From Dicyema japonicum (taxonomy: Eukaryota; Animalia; Dicyemida), in contig RDEW01000015.1 in the NCBI GenBank assembly GCA_011109175.1, forward strand, positions 576,310-640,309: a stretch of 64,000 nucleotides of DNA, written 5' to 3'. Below, in pieces: positions 1-12,197 of the stretch. The notes beneath the pieces were generated by a model. It saw nothing but the letters and a program-made list of their open reading frames with translations, was not told the DNA's origin and made no database searches. Position numbers and translations under genes: made by a program. Every line of letters starts with the position of its first letter. Position 1 is the first letter of the stretch.

Positions 1-1210
1 CCAATCTTGAAGCCAGGAAAATCCGATAATGACCCCTCTTCTTACAGACCAATCTCGATTCGAATACTCGAAAGATTAGTTCTTGAAAATATCAAAGACT
101 ACATCCCGCTCTCTCCTTTCCAAGTGGATTCCGGGCTAAACGCTTCACAGCAACATACCTAACGTCCCTGTGCCAGTTCATTGCGGAGGGATTCAATTCC
201 ACTAAACCACACCAACGAACAGTCTTGGTCTCTGTTGATATAACAAAGGCTTTCGACAAAGTCTCAAGAAAAATCCTTACTGAGAAAATTTACGATACAT
301 GCATCCACCCAAACATAAAAATATGGATTGCCAACTTCTTAAGTGGGAGACGTGGACAAGTGATTTGCAATAACATAAAGTCAAAATCCCGTCTCACACC
401 AAAATGGAGTCCGTCAAGGATCCCCTATCGCCAGCCTTTTTTAATCTTTACATAAACGACATGCAACAAACCTGTAATGAAAAATGCCTAATCCTCTCCT
501 ATGCCGGCAATATCATTCTTGCCTCCAAGGACAAAAGCATTCAATCACCGACTCAGTCAACAAATGCTTGACATGCTCAAACAATTGCTCTAGAAGCCGA
601 TACTCGACGCATCAGCAACAAAGCCCTCTGTCACGCTGTTTACCACTTACAAAAGAAAGCTCTGTGTCTAACCAAAAATCTTTATGAAGAACCCGGCTAT
701 TTCTAATAACAAAACACCGAAGATTCTGGGAGTCACCTTTGATCAGGGACTCACCTTTATCCGACATGTTGAGAACATAGTAACTTCTGCTCTGAGGAAA
801 ATGAGAATTTTAAAAGTGCTCTCAAAAGCACGTAGAGACCAAACTGGTGGCCTTGCCACGATTTATGAACAATTTATCCGACCCACGATGACGCATGCAA
901 GTCCTTCGTGGGCAATGCAGATTTCACGATCCTCCTCATTGAAACTATCCGCAATCGAGGAGACCGCAATAAGGATAATTGGACCGGAATACAAAATCCA
1001 GCCTATTGAAAATCTCTGAATCGAATTACAACGGAAACTCTTTAAAGGAGGCTAGTTTACCGAGCTGCCCTCAATTCATACACTATCGAAATATCTACAA
1101 TCATACAGAAATTTTGAGCGATGCCATGTCAATGAGAAGAGCTGTTCAGGATTCTCGACTCCACCGGACTCGTGTTCTCCTTTGTCGGTCTGGGATCACT
1201 TAGTTAGTTG
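1..1210 (+). mobile_element. APE-type LINE ORF2 (RT + C-terminus) relic, here called family A (Jockey/I-like)
   Basis: RT motifs DITKAFDKV, WIANFLSGR, a degenerate GVPQGS (ggagtccgtcaaggatcc) and PKILGVTFD. Ends RTRVLLCRSGIT* followed by a ttagttagtt tail. Several frameshifts. Confidence 0.85.
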
Positions 1211-1727
1211 AGAACCTTTTATTTCTTTCTCTTTGACCCGTGATCCTGGAGGTATTAATAATAATGATTCTTTTGGTTTTCTACCCTCACTTTCAACGCC
1301 AGGGGCCTTAATGTTTGATCGAAGAGGCACCAACTATGTCTGGACCTTAAAAGTATCGATGTTGACTCTGATGTTTTGGGGAGATGGGGGAAAGACCAGT
1401 ATCTCGGATCATACAAACGTGGCACGAGTGGAATTATATCTAATAATAACACTTGAAACCGGGACATCATTTTGTTTAAAAACAAGCCAAGTTAGTACGA
1501 AGTTGTATAGCCCCCCGGTCACATGTGGTTGTATGTGGCCGTTCGATTTCTTTTCCATGGAGTCATCGATCTACTTAACTCAAGAGACGTCCAATGCCTG
1601 GTCAGCATTCAAAGGGATCCATCTCTTCATTCCACCAGGAGACCATTTCGCTCCCTGTCGGTTGCTTCAACCTAAGCTTGCATGACAGTGTCATCTGGAT
1701 AACTGCATTTGGATAAAGACTCTACTG

Positions 1728-1876
1728 CAGTGGTTCTCAACCTTAGTTCCGCAGACCTGATTTTGGAGTTCCACGATTAAAAAGAAATAAAAATTTTAAT
1801 AAAAAATTCGCACGTTATATATTTAGGCTCTGTTACCTTGTGGCTTCTGCGAGCACTTTAAGGTTAGGAACCGACG
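1728..1876. mobile_element. Possible hAT-type MITE
   Basis: Left end CAGTGGTTCTCAACCTT is a typical hAT TIR. Degenerate right end AAGGTTAGGAACCGACG. No TSD found. Confidence 0.35.
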
Positions 1877-1884
1877 TGTCTTAT

Positions 1885-2040
1885 GAGAAGGGTATACATC
1901 ACCCCTCTCCAATTCCTATTCCCGAAAGCACCCCGCCCACAGAGAAGTTGTGTTGGATCCCAGAAGGCGCACGAGGAGAAAATGAGAATTCTGATTGAGG
2001 CCTGCGAGATCACTTAATTTATTTAGTAATTAAATTAACG
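1885..2040 (+). mobile_element. Family A LINE 3' end fragment
   Basis: Terminal coding motif MRILIEACEIT* (stop 2015-2017) followed by a TAAT/TTAG-rich tail. Confidence 0.55.
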
Positions 2041-2315
2041 ATTGGTGTTCTTGGGTTAATAATAATATAACCGCTGCTCTACTGGAACTCGTCAGGATCG
2101 CGGGATTAGTTAACTTGGTTTTACTCAATCTCGGAATAATTCAATTTTTAGCAAAAAAGTAATTTTAGTCTTTTATTAATCGAATCCCGAAGAGTTAGTA
2201 TGATTAGTATCTGGTTAGATAGAGTCTGAGCATTGAGATTCCTAAGTAACTTTTTTAGTTTATTGTGGAAGTACATGACTATCTCTTCCTTAGTGATGTA
2301 TCCGTCCTCTGAAAT

Positions 2316-2786
2316 TTACTCAAAATAAATACTGTTCAAATCTTGCATAAAGTGATGTTTTACGAGTTCACGTTGAGTAACTTTTCCATTCCTGTTTTTG
2401 TCCAGTGGAGCAACTTGCAAACAAGAGTAAAAATGAGGAATTCCAAAATTTTCGTAGCATTTCTCAATATTCCCGACAGTTGCTTCATTGTCCCCCACTT
2501 AAATGTCGTTAGAAAAGTACATGAAAGTTGAATTTTAAAACTCTCCGGACATTTCTCAAAAAATAAGGACATGTGTTCGGCTAGTGAGAGCTTACCGTCG
2601 CTGTTTACGTCAGCGGTCTCGAAAACCTTAATATTCTTAGGCCTTATGTCAATCAAATCAGCTTTGATTTTTTTCATCAGCTCTACTTTACTTTCACCGT
2701 CATTTGAGCTAATAGGTAAAACTCAAATCTTACTGTATTGATGCTAACAGAGTTATGAATATCAGAAAACCCATCACTAAATTCAT
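2316..2786 (-). CDS. Secreted two-EF-hand protein, about 140 aa, 3 exons (2786-2734, 2708-2521, 2497-2316)
   Basis: GT-AG introns 2733-2709 (25 nt) and 2520-2498 (23 nt) join the frames into a 423-nt CDS. Signal-peptide-like start MNLVMGFLIFITLLASIHS. EF loops DVNSDGKLSLAE and DKNRNGKVTQRE. Confidence 0.75.
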
Positions 2787-4099
2787 TCAAATAATGACAT
2801 TTTTATATATTCGGATGCACCTGTGGCAGCAATATGTGACCAAATTAATCATATGGATTGATGGTCAAGTGACAATATGATTGATATTTTAATTAGTATA
2901 AGCACCACTAGGCTACCAGGTCACTAAAACTGTAAAAGAAAAATTTAATGCCATGAGGTTTTTCGGTCGAAATGGAAAAGAAATCAGGCAAGACTTCCTA
3001 TGTGGAATCAATACTGTGAAACTCCTGAATTATTTCTGAACAGCTTTTGAAAAACTGGGAGTACGTTATAGGACTTTAAACACCGAAGGAAAAAAAAGCA
3101 CACCATGCGATCTTATGTATGTGGAAATTAAGACTCAAACAGATATGTTTTTATTTAATTTTTTCACGTACAATCATTCCATCGGTCCCCTATGGACTCG
3201 AAGGAGGGTCTTATCTTGCTTCTTAAAAAATCGAGGAGAGAAGTGATCAAAATTGCCCTACACAAACGGCTTGACGAGACGTTAGATGAAGACGATGATT
3301 TGTTATTAGTGTCGATCAGACAAGTAACAGAGAAAATGATGGCAAACTTCCTGAAAAGGGATGACATCCTGACTCGTATGTCGCAGCACTGAATGAACCA
3401 TAAGGGGAGGGTCTGAAGTCGCAGAAAAGAATCCAAGCTATGGCAGAACGTCAACCAGGATTGAAAAGTCAACCCATATCTGACATACAAGAAGGTATTC
3501 AAAAAGTCGTGTCCTTACGGAAGGGATGACTAAGTGAAACCGGGATTGCTTAAACAGTTGATCACTCATTCCGTTTTCTTAAAAAGTTTCCTCGGATTAG
3601 TAAATTAAACTCCACGTTAATCCAACGGAATATAATTTTGAATGAATTTTAAACTTGACAAATATAATTAGAAATATCTTAATCTTATGTTCCTGTCCCG
3701 GATTGAGTATAGAACCTGTGCTTAACACGGTTGTGCAGCAGCGAAAAACAAATGGGTTTGGTGTTCCAAAGAACTTTATCTCTCAAAAGACTGGGATGAA
3801 GTCCTTTGTGAAAAAGGCTAATGAACTTGGAAGGTCCGCAAATAAATGTCTAAATGCGTCGATTGCTGAGAATTCTGAGTCTTTATTCAATGCCTTCCCG
3901 TACGTGCATTTGGTACTCTACTTGATGGGAACACAATCCGCGTTAAAATCGATCTTTAGGTAAGTTTTGACGTCTGCTTGAAACACCGGTGCCGAGACGA
4001 CTGGAGATTTCCTTGTCACACCATGTTAAACTCGAATTATTTATTTATTTAGAACCCCGGGATCACAGAAAGAAAGACAGAAAAACGTCAGACAGTTAA

Positions 4100-4740
4100 G
4101 TAATCACAGTTCCCGCAATCAAATGAGCCATCTAACGTCTGTGGCCTCCCATTGTTCCCAATACTGCGCGAAAGAGCCTTTTCTCATCCCTGCAGAAAAA
4201 CCCGATTGGAGAAGGGAACTTCCTAACCAATCGACTTTTTTTTGCCTTGGAAAAAGACAGGCTAAGCGAGTTTCCGTCCTCCTTACAAACTTGAAGGAAT
4301 CCAATTCCGCGACCACGGGTCGCAGCTTCAGTAAGTAAGAGTTTAACCCTCGATCCAGAGTGAGGGCCCATCATAGATATAGTTTTCTGGTATATTGAAT
4401 TGATTCTGTGGAGCGTAGTCTCGATAACGCGAATCTCCATGCAACAGAAGCATGCTCCACAGCCGGGGCGATGTTTTGCCGGTAGAGTTTTCCAACAGAA
4501 GCGTTCAAATTTAAAGGAGTCCTCCGGACAAGCGCGCATATAACATTCAACTTCTGCAGTCTTTTAGTGAAGACTGTCTTCGTATGTGAGTAATAGCCTG
4601 TCGAACATTAGTCCCAGAATTGAAGGAGACCTTGTCAACGGTATCTAAACAGGACCAATAAAAATTCTTGGATCTTTTTTTGAACGACGATCTGAAGTGA
4701 AAAGTGCACATATTGATTTTTCGGCAGAAATAGTTAGTCG
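4100..4740 (-). mobile_element. L1/Tx1-like ORF2 C-terminal (zf-RVT-like) relic
   Basis: KFERFCWKTLP...CGACFCC..IRVIETTLH resembles the zf-RVT pattern. Heavily degraded. Confidence 0.35.
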
Positions 4741-4749
4741 GTTAGCAGT

Positions 4750-5125
4750 CTGTTAATCATAGACGTGTTCACTTTTTTCTGAGCATTTGAGCTTGCGATT
4801 TGCGTGGATCGGTAACGTGTTGCAATTATTAAGTCGTCTGCGTGAGATAATAGCAAAAAATTTTCGTCCTCGTAATTTGCAGGTCGTGGAATAAAAGATA
4901 GAAAAGGGTCGGAGAAAGCGGAGAACCTTGTGGTAGTCCATTAGGTAGTCGTGATCTCAATCTATGTCCCACGTCGCACAAAGAGAAAGTTGGCCAACCA
5001 CTGCTTTAAGTTTGGACGAACTTTCGAATCAAAAATCTTCCCAATAAGAAGCTTTCTTGGAACTGTCTCGAAAGCCTTGTTTATGTCGTTATTCTCGAAT
5101 GTCACGAGGGCTATCGAAGACGTCG
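4750..5125 (-). mobile_element. Family A LINE RT fragment
   Basis: DINKAFETVPRKLLIGKIFDSKVRPNLKQWLANFL closely parallels the RT at 225-455 and 58122-58649. Confidence 0.7.
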
Positions 5126-5129
5126 GGTT

Positions 5130-5390
5130 TAGTTGTCTTCTGTAACCCGTCGGTCTTGACAGAGCTGATATCAAGAGGCCGGATGGCGTAACGACCATGC
5201 CATGGAGCTAAGGGAGGTCTCTCTCAAGTCGTCTTTGCGCGCAGATTCCGTAGCGATCACCGCTGAAGGTTCTAAAAGGAGGAAGTACCGCGGCATTGGA
5301 GACTGATTCGCTTTCCAGTGATCTCCCTCTAGACGCCTGGTGTTATTGGCCCGAGCATGTCTGAGTTTATTAGGCTAATTAAGTTTGAAA
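5130..5390 (+). mobile_element. CRE-like non-LTR RLE-domain fragment
   Basis: GLDRADIKRPDGVTTMPW motif and aaggaggaagtac (KxxKY), matching the RLE domains at 26062-26502 and 53918-54300. Confidence 0.65.
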
Positions 5391-5599
5391 GATTGGAAAA
5401 TCGATTTTTCAATAATTTTTGTGTAAGTACTGGTTAGAAAAACACGATGATTAGTTTTGATTTTTGTGTTTTATAACAAATTTTGAGGTTTACATGCTTA
5501 AGAGAATCAAGGGTAGACGAGAATGGACTTCAAAATTAGATCATGATAACCTAAAAATAGCAGTAGAGTTGTTTAAGTGTATAAATTCGTGAATAAATA

Positions 5600-5825
5600 A
5601 CCAACGAGCACATAATAAACATCAGAACAGACATCGAAAACGGCAGTTTTGATTGAACAACAACTGAAGTTGGTAAGGGCAGCTACTCTGTCTAACAACC
5701 CCTTCTCCAAAGTCACGACCAAATACTATTAAAATCATCTAAGATACCTTTCTGGAGAGCCATCCATGATTCTCGTCTACGTCTGATAAGACCTCCCCCA
5801 TGTCGGTCTGGGTCCTTCAAATAAA
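5600..5825 (+). mobile_element. Family A LINE 3' fragment
   Basis: WRAIHDSRLRL..CRSG matches DSRLHRTRVLLCRSG at 1150-1200. Aligns in inverse orientation with 11825-12010. Confidence 0.5.
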
Positions 5826-6102
5826 GAAAACAGGCGGTTTATAAGAAAATAACAATCAAAAGCAAACCCTCCCAAAGATCAGTCAGATGTATCTGATATA
5901 GCGGGAAAATTAAAGCGGATCAGAACAAGAGAAGAGGAGGTTCGTCTACTGGTCGTCTAGCATATTCTTGAGTATTTGGATTTATGACTGAAAGATAATA
6001 AATAATTTGGAAACATTTATGAATTCGAAATATAAAAGATTATAAAATTATATAAAAATAAATAAATAAAATAAACAAAAAGCATATTGCGTTGTGTCTT
6101 GT

Positions 6103-7699
6103 ATGAGCTCCTTTGATTCTCTAAACTCTAATAATCGAGAAAATGGCGCTAAACGGAGAAGAATGGATGACGGGAGGCATGAAACCAACCTATTTTCTTC
6201 AATAATATTCACCAACCTCCCGAATATGCATTCAGATGAAATTTATGACGAACTATACAACAACTTCAACCATCTCAAATACTACAACGTACAAATGACA
6301 TCTCACAACGGACAAACTGTGGCTTATGTTAATTTTGATGATCACTCCACTGCCTCACGTGCATACAGAGATACGGTCGATAAAGCCCGTTTATTTGACG
6401 GACATGTGCTTGTTGCTCCAGTTATACGAGGACAGAAAACACATCCCTTGAGAGTGAGGGGAAAGTCAAAGCGACGGAAAGAAAGGAAGGCGGAAGAGAA
6501 TGATCCTTGTCGATCACTGTTTGTTGGGAATATAACTCAACGTGTGACCTCAGATGAAGTGGAGAGAGTATTCAATGAGTATGGTTATGTGGACTCTGTG
6601 ATAATGAGATGTAATGACGATGGGGGTTACTGCTTTGTGATGTTTGGGGACATAGAAATGGCCATAAATGCTAAGGAAAATGCAAAAAACGTGAAATTTG
6701 GGGGGATCCATGTGTCATTGGATTCGGAAAGGCAATCCCTAACAGTTGTCTCTATATTGGGGGAGTTTCTGAAGACATGAGGGGGAAAGTACTCAACCAG
6801 TTTGATAGATTTGGTCGTATTATTCGTGATTACTGGCCGGTGGATGCTGATTGTTGTTATATCGAATTTGATGAACTTTCCTCAGCTATTACGGCTTACA
6901 AACGAATCCATCATTACCTTGACAACATCATAGTCGACTATGCTCGTCAAAGACATATGAATTTTGAATTCTCACGAAAATGTGCTCATTTCAGAAAAAA
7001 CAAGAAGACCATTTTTACAAATAAGGTCTGAGAAGAGCGCCAAGAATGTCACTCCAAGTAAATCAGAGAAACACAGCTCACCCTATGGTAAATCAAACAA
7101 ACACGGTCTATCACCGTCACCCAGCAAGTCGGACAGGCGCAGTTTTACTCACTCGGAAAGTAAATCTGAACAAGCTCAGTGTCAGTCCCTTAGACAGAAA
7201 ATTGTGGACTTCTGTGAACGACACAAATGAGGAAGCAAGTCGTAATAGTTATTCCCTGAGCCCAATATCGGACGTAGACTCTCTGTCTCTGAGTCAACTA
7301 AGGGAGGCCAAGCCAGCATGGACAGTTACACTGTCTATCAAAAGTGAGAGAATGCTTGTATCAATGTCACTTGTGAAGGGGAAATCAGAGTTTATATCGA
7401 CTTTGAGCAAATTTACTCAGCTTTCAATAAATCATCGTCTTAAATTGGAGGATGAAAAACTGAATGAAGTGAGGAGGAGAATGAAAGAGGGGCAGTATGC
7501 TGTGTTGGTTGGGTTTGGCCCGATTGGAAAACTTTTGGAGTATTTGGATGATAAGAAGGCCGCTGGAGTTATGTGTTGTGGTGGAGGAGTATTGCATGTC
7601 TTTGGGAAATGTGATTTTGTCAGAGAGTTATTGAGTCCTCAAGTGAATGGATATGATTTAATTGACCAATTTGTCACCGTTCTGGTTATTTGTAGTTGA
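6103..7699 (+). CDS. RBM15: RBM15/spenito-type protein (3 RRMs + SPOC); two apparent 1-nt frameshifts
   Basis: RRM1 (IIFTNLP..VAYVNFDD) and RRM2 (SLFVGNI..GYCFVMFGDIEMA). Adding one G to the G6 run at 6700-6705 gives FGGDPCVIGFGKAIPNSCLYIGG...QFDRFG, matching RBM15 KIGYGK-TPTTRLWVGG..EFDRFG. A second -1 shift near 7025 leads to a SPOC-like C-terminus (SINHRLKLEDEKLNEVRRRM..YLDDKKAAGV..VLHVFGKCDF). Confidence 0.8.
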
Positions 7700-9844
7700 G
7701 GTATTTCTTGTTTATATTTTAGATTAACAATGATTTTCTTTTTTATTTCACCGACTTTGTTAATTTGTGGTTTTCTGTTATTATTTCTTCAAATGGGGTT
7801 ATTGTGTCTGAGGATTTGTTAGGTTTAGAATTATTGCAATCTCAATATCGTCAATACAATTTGCAAATTATTGTCTATAGATCATTATATTGGTGAATAT
7901 TTCGTTATTTATTAATACATCTTTTATCCCAGAATCAATCTTAAATTTCGATATCATATTTAATTTTATTTCCTCTGTACATTTGTTTAGAAAATCTCAC
8001 TTTGTTTAGAAAATCTATTTTGGTGCACCTTATTTTAACGGTAGAAGATAACCATTTGATGGTAACATCCTCTTTTAATCACTTGAGTTTGTGAGGTATC
8101 GGGACATGGGTGCATGAGTAGTACATTTTCTCTATCTTTGGTGTTTTATTGACGGCATTTATTATTATTTAAAGAAATGACTTAGTCGATGGAACTTGAT
8201 AATTCGCTTTGGTTCACTTGTGATAGTGTTCAATGGTGATCTGTTATAAACAGCTATTCGACGTTTCAATTGCCATCACTTATTTTATTTACTCCAAGAT
8301 CACAAATGGACTTGGTGGATGTGACTTGGGACTAGTGCCACACCGTTTATTTTTGACGCGCGCAGGCTTAGACATGGAAAAGTAGTTCGACATTTCCTTC
8401 CCTCGTTGGGTTGTTTTCTCATTATTCTTATGGTGGTTAAATACAGTCTTATATAGTGCTTATCAAGATGATGCTTTAATTATAGAAGATTTTCACGACG
8501 GCGTTTGTATTAAGGAGTGAATATATATAAGAAATATGGTCCCTGGAATAAATGTAAACTTTCAACTTTGAATTTATAATGTATTTTGGTCATTTTTATC
8601 TATGTCTTTCTGAGTTTTAAATATCTTAATTACACAGAAAAACTACGGGAGAGGTTTTATTTGTCTATTGGAGAAGCTTCACATTTGTGTCAAAGATCAA
8701 ATGAAATCTTGTAGAGACAATTTGAGCATTATGCACTTTTTTACAATAATCTTTGTTCAAGTCTTGGGTGATTTTACTCACAAGCATGATGTGTTAGATG
8801 TCTCTCTAATTCAAAAAAGCGAGTTTTTGATGTCTCATGGATCCGTCGTTTCGACCTATCATGTGAAAGAAATAAGGTGAGAGCTTTTACTCTTGATGGA
8901 GCTGTGTAAACAATTTTGATTATTCTTTTTTGTAAGGTGGGAGAATAAAAAAGGTCATTTAATAATGATGACTGGTGAAAAAGTATGTTTATTTGAACTG
9001 TTAAACTTATTACCTGTCCGATACAACAATTGAAAGATCATGGACGAGGATTATATGTTGGAAGTTGCAGATATGTGATAGCTAATATGACTGCTGCTTA
9101 CAATATTTAGAAGACTAATTACATTTATCGTGTTCGTTTTGTCTGAAGATCGATAATGGGTGTATTAAAGATGAAACATGGAGTTTCCCCTATGTTGAAT
9201 AACTAGATGCCACAGGACAACACTTTGGCTTCTCGAGGCCGTAAAATGCTAATATTAGTTATATCGAAGACAGAACTATGTTGTGAGATTTATCCAACGA
9301 TATCCATGCTGTAAATATCGAATTATAAATCAGTCTCATGAACTCCAATCAATCATACTCTGAGATACTCGTTGATACGTTAAATGGAAATTTAATGTAA
9401 AAACCTTGCACAATGTACATCAATGTGAAAATTGAGATAACTCTATTTCCCACTGAGTTATCTTTTCTGTAGTGAGGATTCTCTACACTCAATTAGTTGA
9501 TTTCCTTGACTGACCTGGTTTAATTGAATTATTTTCCAGATATTTTAAAACTAGGTGAGATATTACCAAAATAAAATGTTGTTGTAAATTATTTGTAACT
9601 CATAATTTAGGGTTTAGACATGCTGGAATGGTTACCATCACCTGTCATTTGTAATCTGACAGCTGTCATATTTAACATACATTTCATTTTGATCAGAGAT
9701 ATAGTCAGTTAATCAAAGAGTGTTCACAATCATATTTTGCCATCAAAGAAATGTTCTTAAGGCCGTTGTAAAAGATTGTTCAATATGCAGGTTTTTCATT
9801 CTTTTAAAGTATGAAATATTTCTGATTTTATGTGATTGCTTCTA

Positions 9845-9935
9845 GACCAAATAAAAGTTTCCAAGCGGATTTAATCGATTTCAAAATTTGAGTACATCAA
9901 ATGAAGATTACAAATTGATTTTAACTGTTACAGTA
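9845..9935 (+). mobile_element. rve-type integrase fragment (Polinton/Ginger-like)
   Basis: With one frameshift it reads FQADLIDF-K-LSTSNEDYKLILTV, resembling the WQADLxDM..N.GYKYILTVID integrase motif. Confidence 0.4.
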
Positions 9936-11039
9936 AATATGTCATATGACTAAATAGGATATAAAGTATTTTTATAATTAACTTTTTGATTCACATGAAG
10001 GATTATAGAATCAGTCTTTAAGACTTAACCGTTTTGAGATGTCTTATGAAGAACTAGCTGAAATTACTCATATTTTATTATCGCCTAGAGGTAAATATTA
10101 ATAATTTATATACTCAGATTAGAGAACTTTCAGGAAAATCAAAAATAATTAAAACGTGCAAGAAAACTTAATAATTAAGTATAAGTGATTATCATTGATT
10201 TACGATAAATTTCATCACTAATGACAGGTCACACAATTTAAGTGGCTCAAGTCAGCCTCAGTCATAAAGAAGTGAGAATTTTTACTTTAGTATTTATTTG
10301 TATCATTGAGATTTTTAGGTTTCGTATTACAGGATATTGAAAAAATATTTGCTACGATTAAATGGAGAAAGATAGGAGAGTGTATATGGATTTATTTATA
10401 CAAATCACTTACTTTTTTGACCATACTCGTGGATGATCTTATGAGAAATTCTATAATCAATTTGGTTTATGAAGGATGCAAAGTGCCTGGATGGATGTTA
10501 AAAAACACAGTCCTTTCGGCAAGGAATAGGTAATGTTTCCATTATGACCGCGACACTCATCAACCCGTAAGATGAGTGGAACCTTCAGTCGAATGGACAG
10601 AACCGGGGACCACATGAATTTGGACCAGAACTTATTACACGAAGATATCCGGAAAGAGAACGCATATGATCACAAATATAAACAACGTTGAGAGCAAGAG
10701 AAATTCCTAATGAATTATAATAGGTGATAAACACTTAACTCTATGCTTCATAACTGGTGGCGATACTAAAGTGTTGACATTGATGGATCTGATGACTTGT
10801 TGGTTAGTGGAAACGGCTGTAAGAGATATGAGGCTATGTAATGTCTTCTTCTGGACAGAGACTTGTTTTTGGGTTAAATACAATCATTCCAAGAAAACTT
10901 GTTTAAAATAAAAGATAAGTTCAACAGCATGGATAAATTATTGAGTGGTTGTAAAAGAAAATTGACGAATAATGAAGATTTTGATAGAAGCTCAAATACT
11001 TATTGTTAGGATTCACACGTATTAGTGCTGATTCCTTTG

Positions 11040-11330
11040 AAATACCCATATATTATTTTGCAAACCATTTTTTGGAAGGACTACAGCTGATGAAATTTTT
11101 GATATAATTGTTACATTTTTAAGAGAACAACATAAAATAGATTATTTGTGTTGGACTTTGTACAGACGGACACAGTCAACGTCAGGATACAACACTGCAC
11201 CATAAATTATCTGGACTGACTGCATGTTTCACAGATCAGCACTTTTTCAAAGAATATGAGTCCAGAACTTAACAATATTTTTACACAAATTACAAAAGTT
11301 ATAAACTACATAAAACACAGCTTTTTGGAT
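11040..11330 (+). mobile_element. hAT (Buster/ZBED8-like) transposase fragment
   Basis: FCKP..GRTTADEIFDII, GLCTDG and SKNMSPELNNIFTQITKVINYIK match Buster-type motifs. Frameshifted. Confidence 0.7.
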
Positions 11331-11824
11331 AGCTGTGTCAAGGTATGGATGCAAATATACATCACTTATATTATTGTCGGTTACTGGATTGGCAAGTGAC
11401 GCCGTCATCAGTGGACATTCACTGCGGAACTGGATAGTCTAAAAGGACATACACCCAAGAAAAAGAAAACAAAAAGTGAAGAGTTTTCCTTGATCCTCCC
11501 TCGATTAGCTATTATAACTGTTCTTTGCTTAAAATAAAGGGTGTGTTCTGCCTATGGGGAGCTATAACTGAAATGGCTCCTCGGAAAGTGCGAATATTAT
11601 TGTGAGGTGCGCTGACTATCTCGATAAACTGTGTTTGAACTCAAGCTGCTGGCTTAAGATCTCCGGGTTAAAGAGAAAGAGTCCTCAACTAACAAAGTGA
11701 TACAAATTCCTACTGTCAGAGTAAGACTTATCCATTCTAAATAAAGAATCATTTTTGTATGTCGGGAAGGAACTGGGCGTCTTCTTAGATAACATGATCT
11801 TATGACACCTATGGGGATATTATT

Positions 11825-12010
11825 GACATGGGGGAGGCCCTATCTGACGTGGACGAGAATCCTAGATGGCCCCAGAAAGGAAATGTAGTTATCTCCTACC
11901 TAGGGTGATTTTTAAGGTATTTGTTCACGGTTTCATAGAGGGGCTGTTAGGCAGAGTATCTGCCCTCTCCAACTTCTGTTGCTGTCCAGTCAAAACATCT
12001 TCCAAAGGGG
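11825..12010 (-). mobile_element. Family A LINE 3' fragment
   Basis: About 190 nt alignable by eye with 5630-5815 in inverse orientation. Confidence 0.5.
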
Positions 12011-12197
12011 CGGACACAAAGTTTCAGCTAGTGACCCTTTTGGCAGCTTCCTGGTATGCGGGCAATTTCAGGAGGGGAGTGGGAGAGGGAAATGACCATT
12101 GACAACGATGAGGATAAAATGTTGGCTATTCAACAAATGGGGTTAAAGACTTCTAGTAAGACATTGTATTTATTTATGAGCATAAAAATTAATAAAA

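Noticed and set aside
1233-1685. 150-aa plus-strand ORF
   Set aside because: No recognisable motif. The opposite strand has an LRSxH-like LINE C-terminal remnant, so it is likely a TE shadow.
3192-3500. Possible LTR gag-like fragment
   Set aside because: Only a vague Q..E..RI..MA pattern; no LTRs, PBS or pol nearby.
8100-9800. Scattered transposase-like peptide scraps
   Set aside because: Too degraded to assign a family or boundaries.
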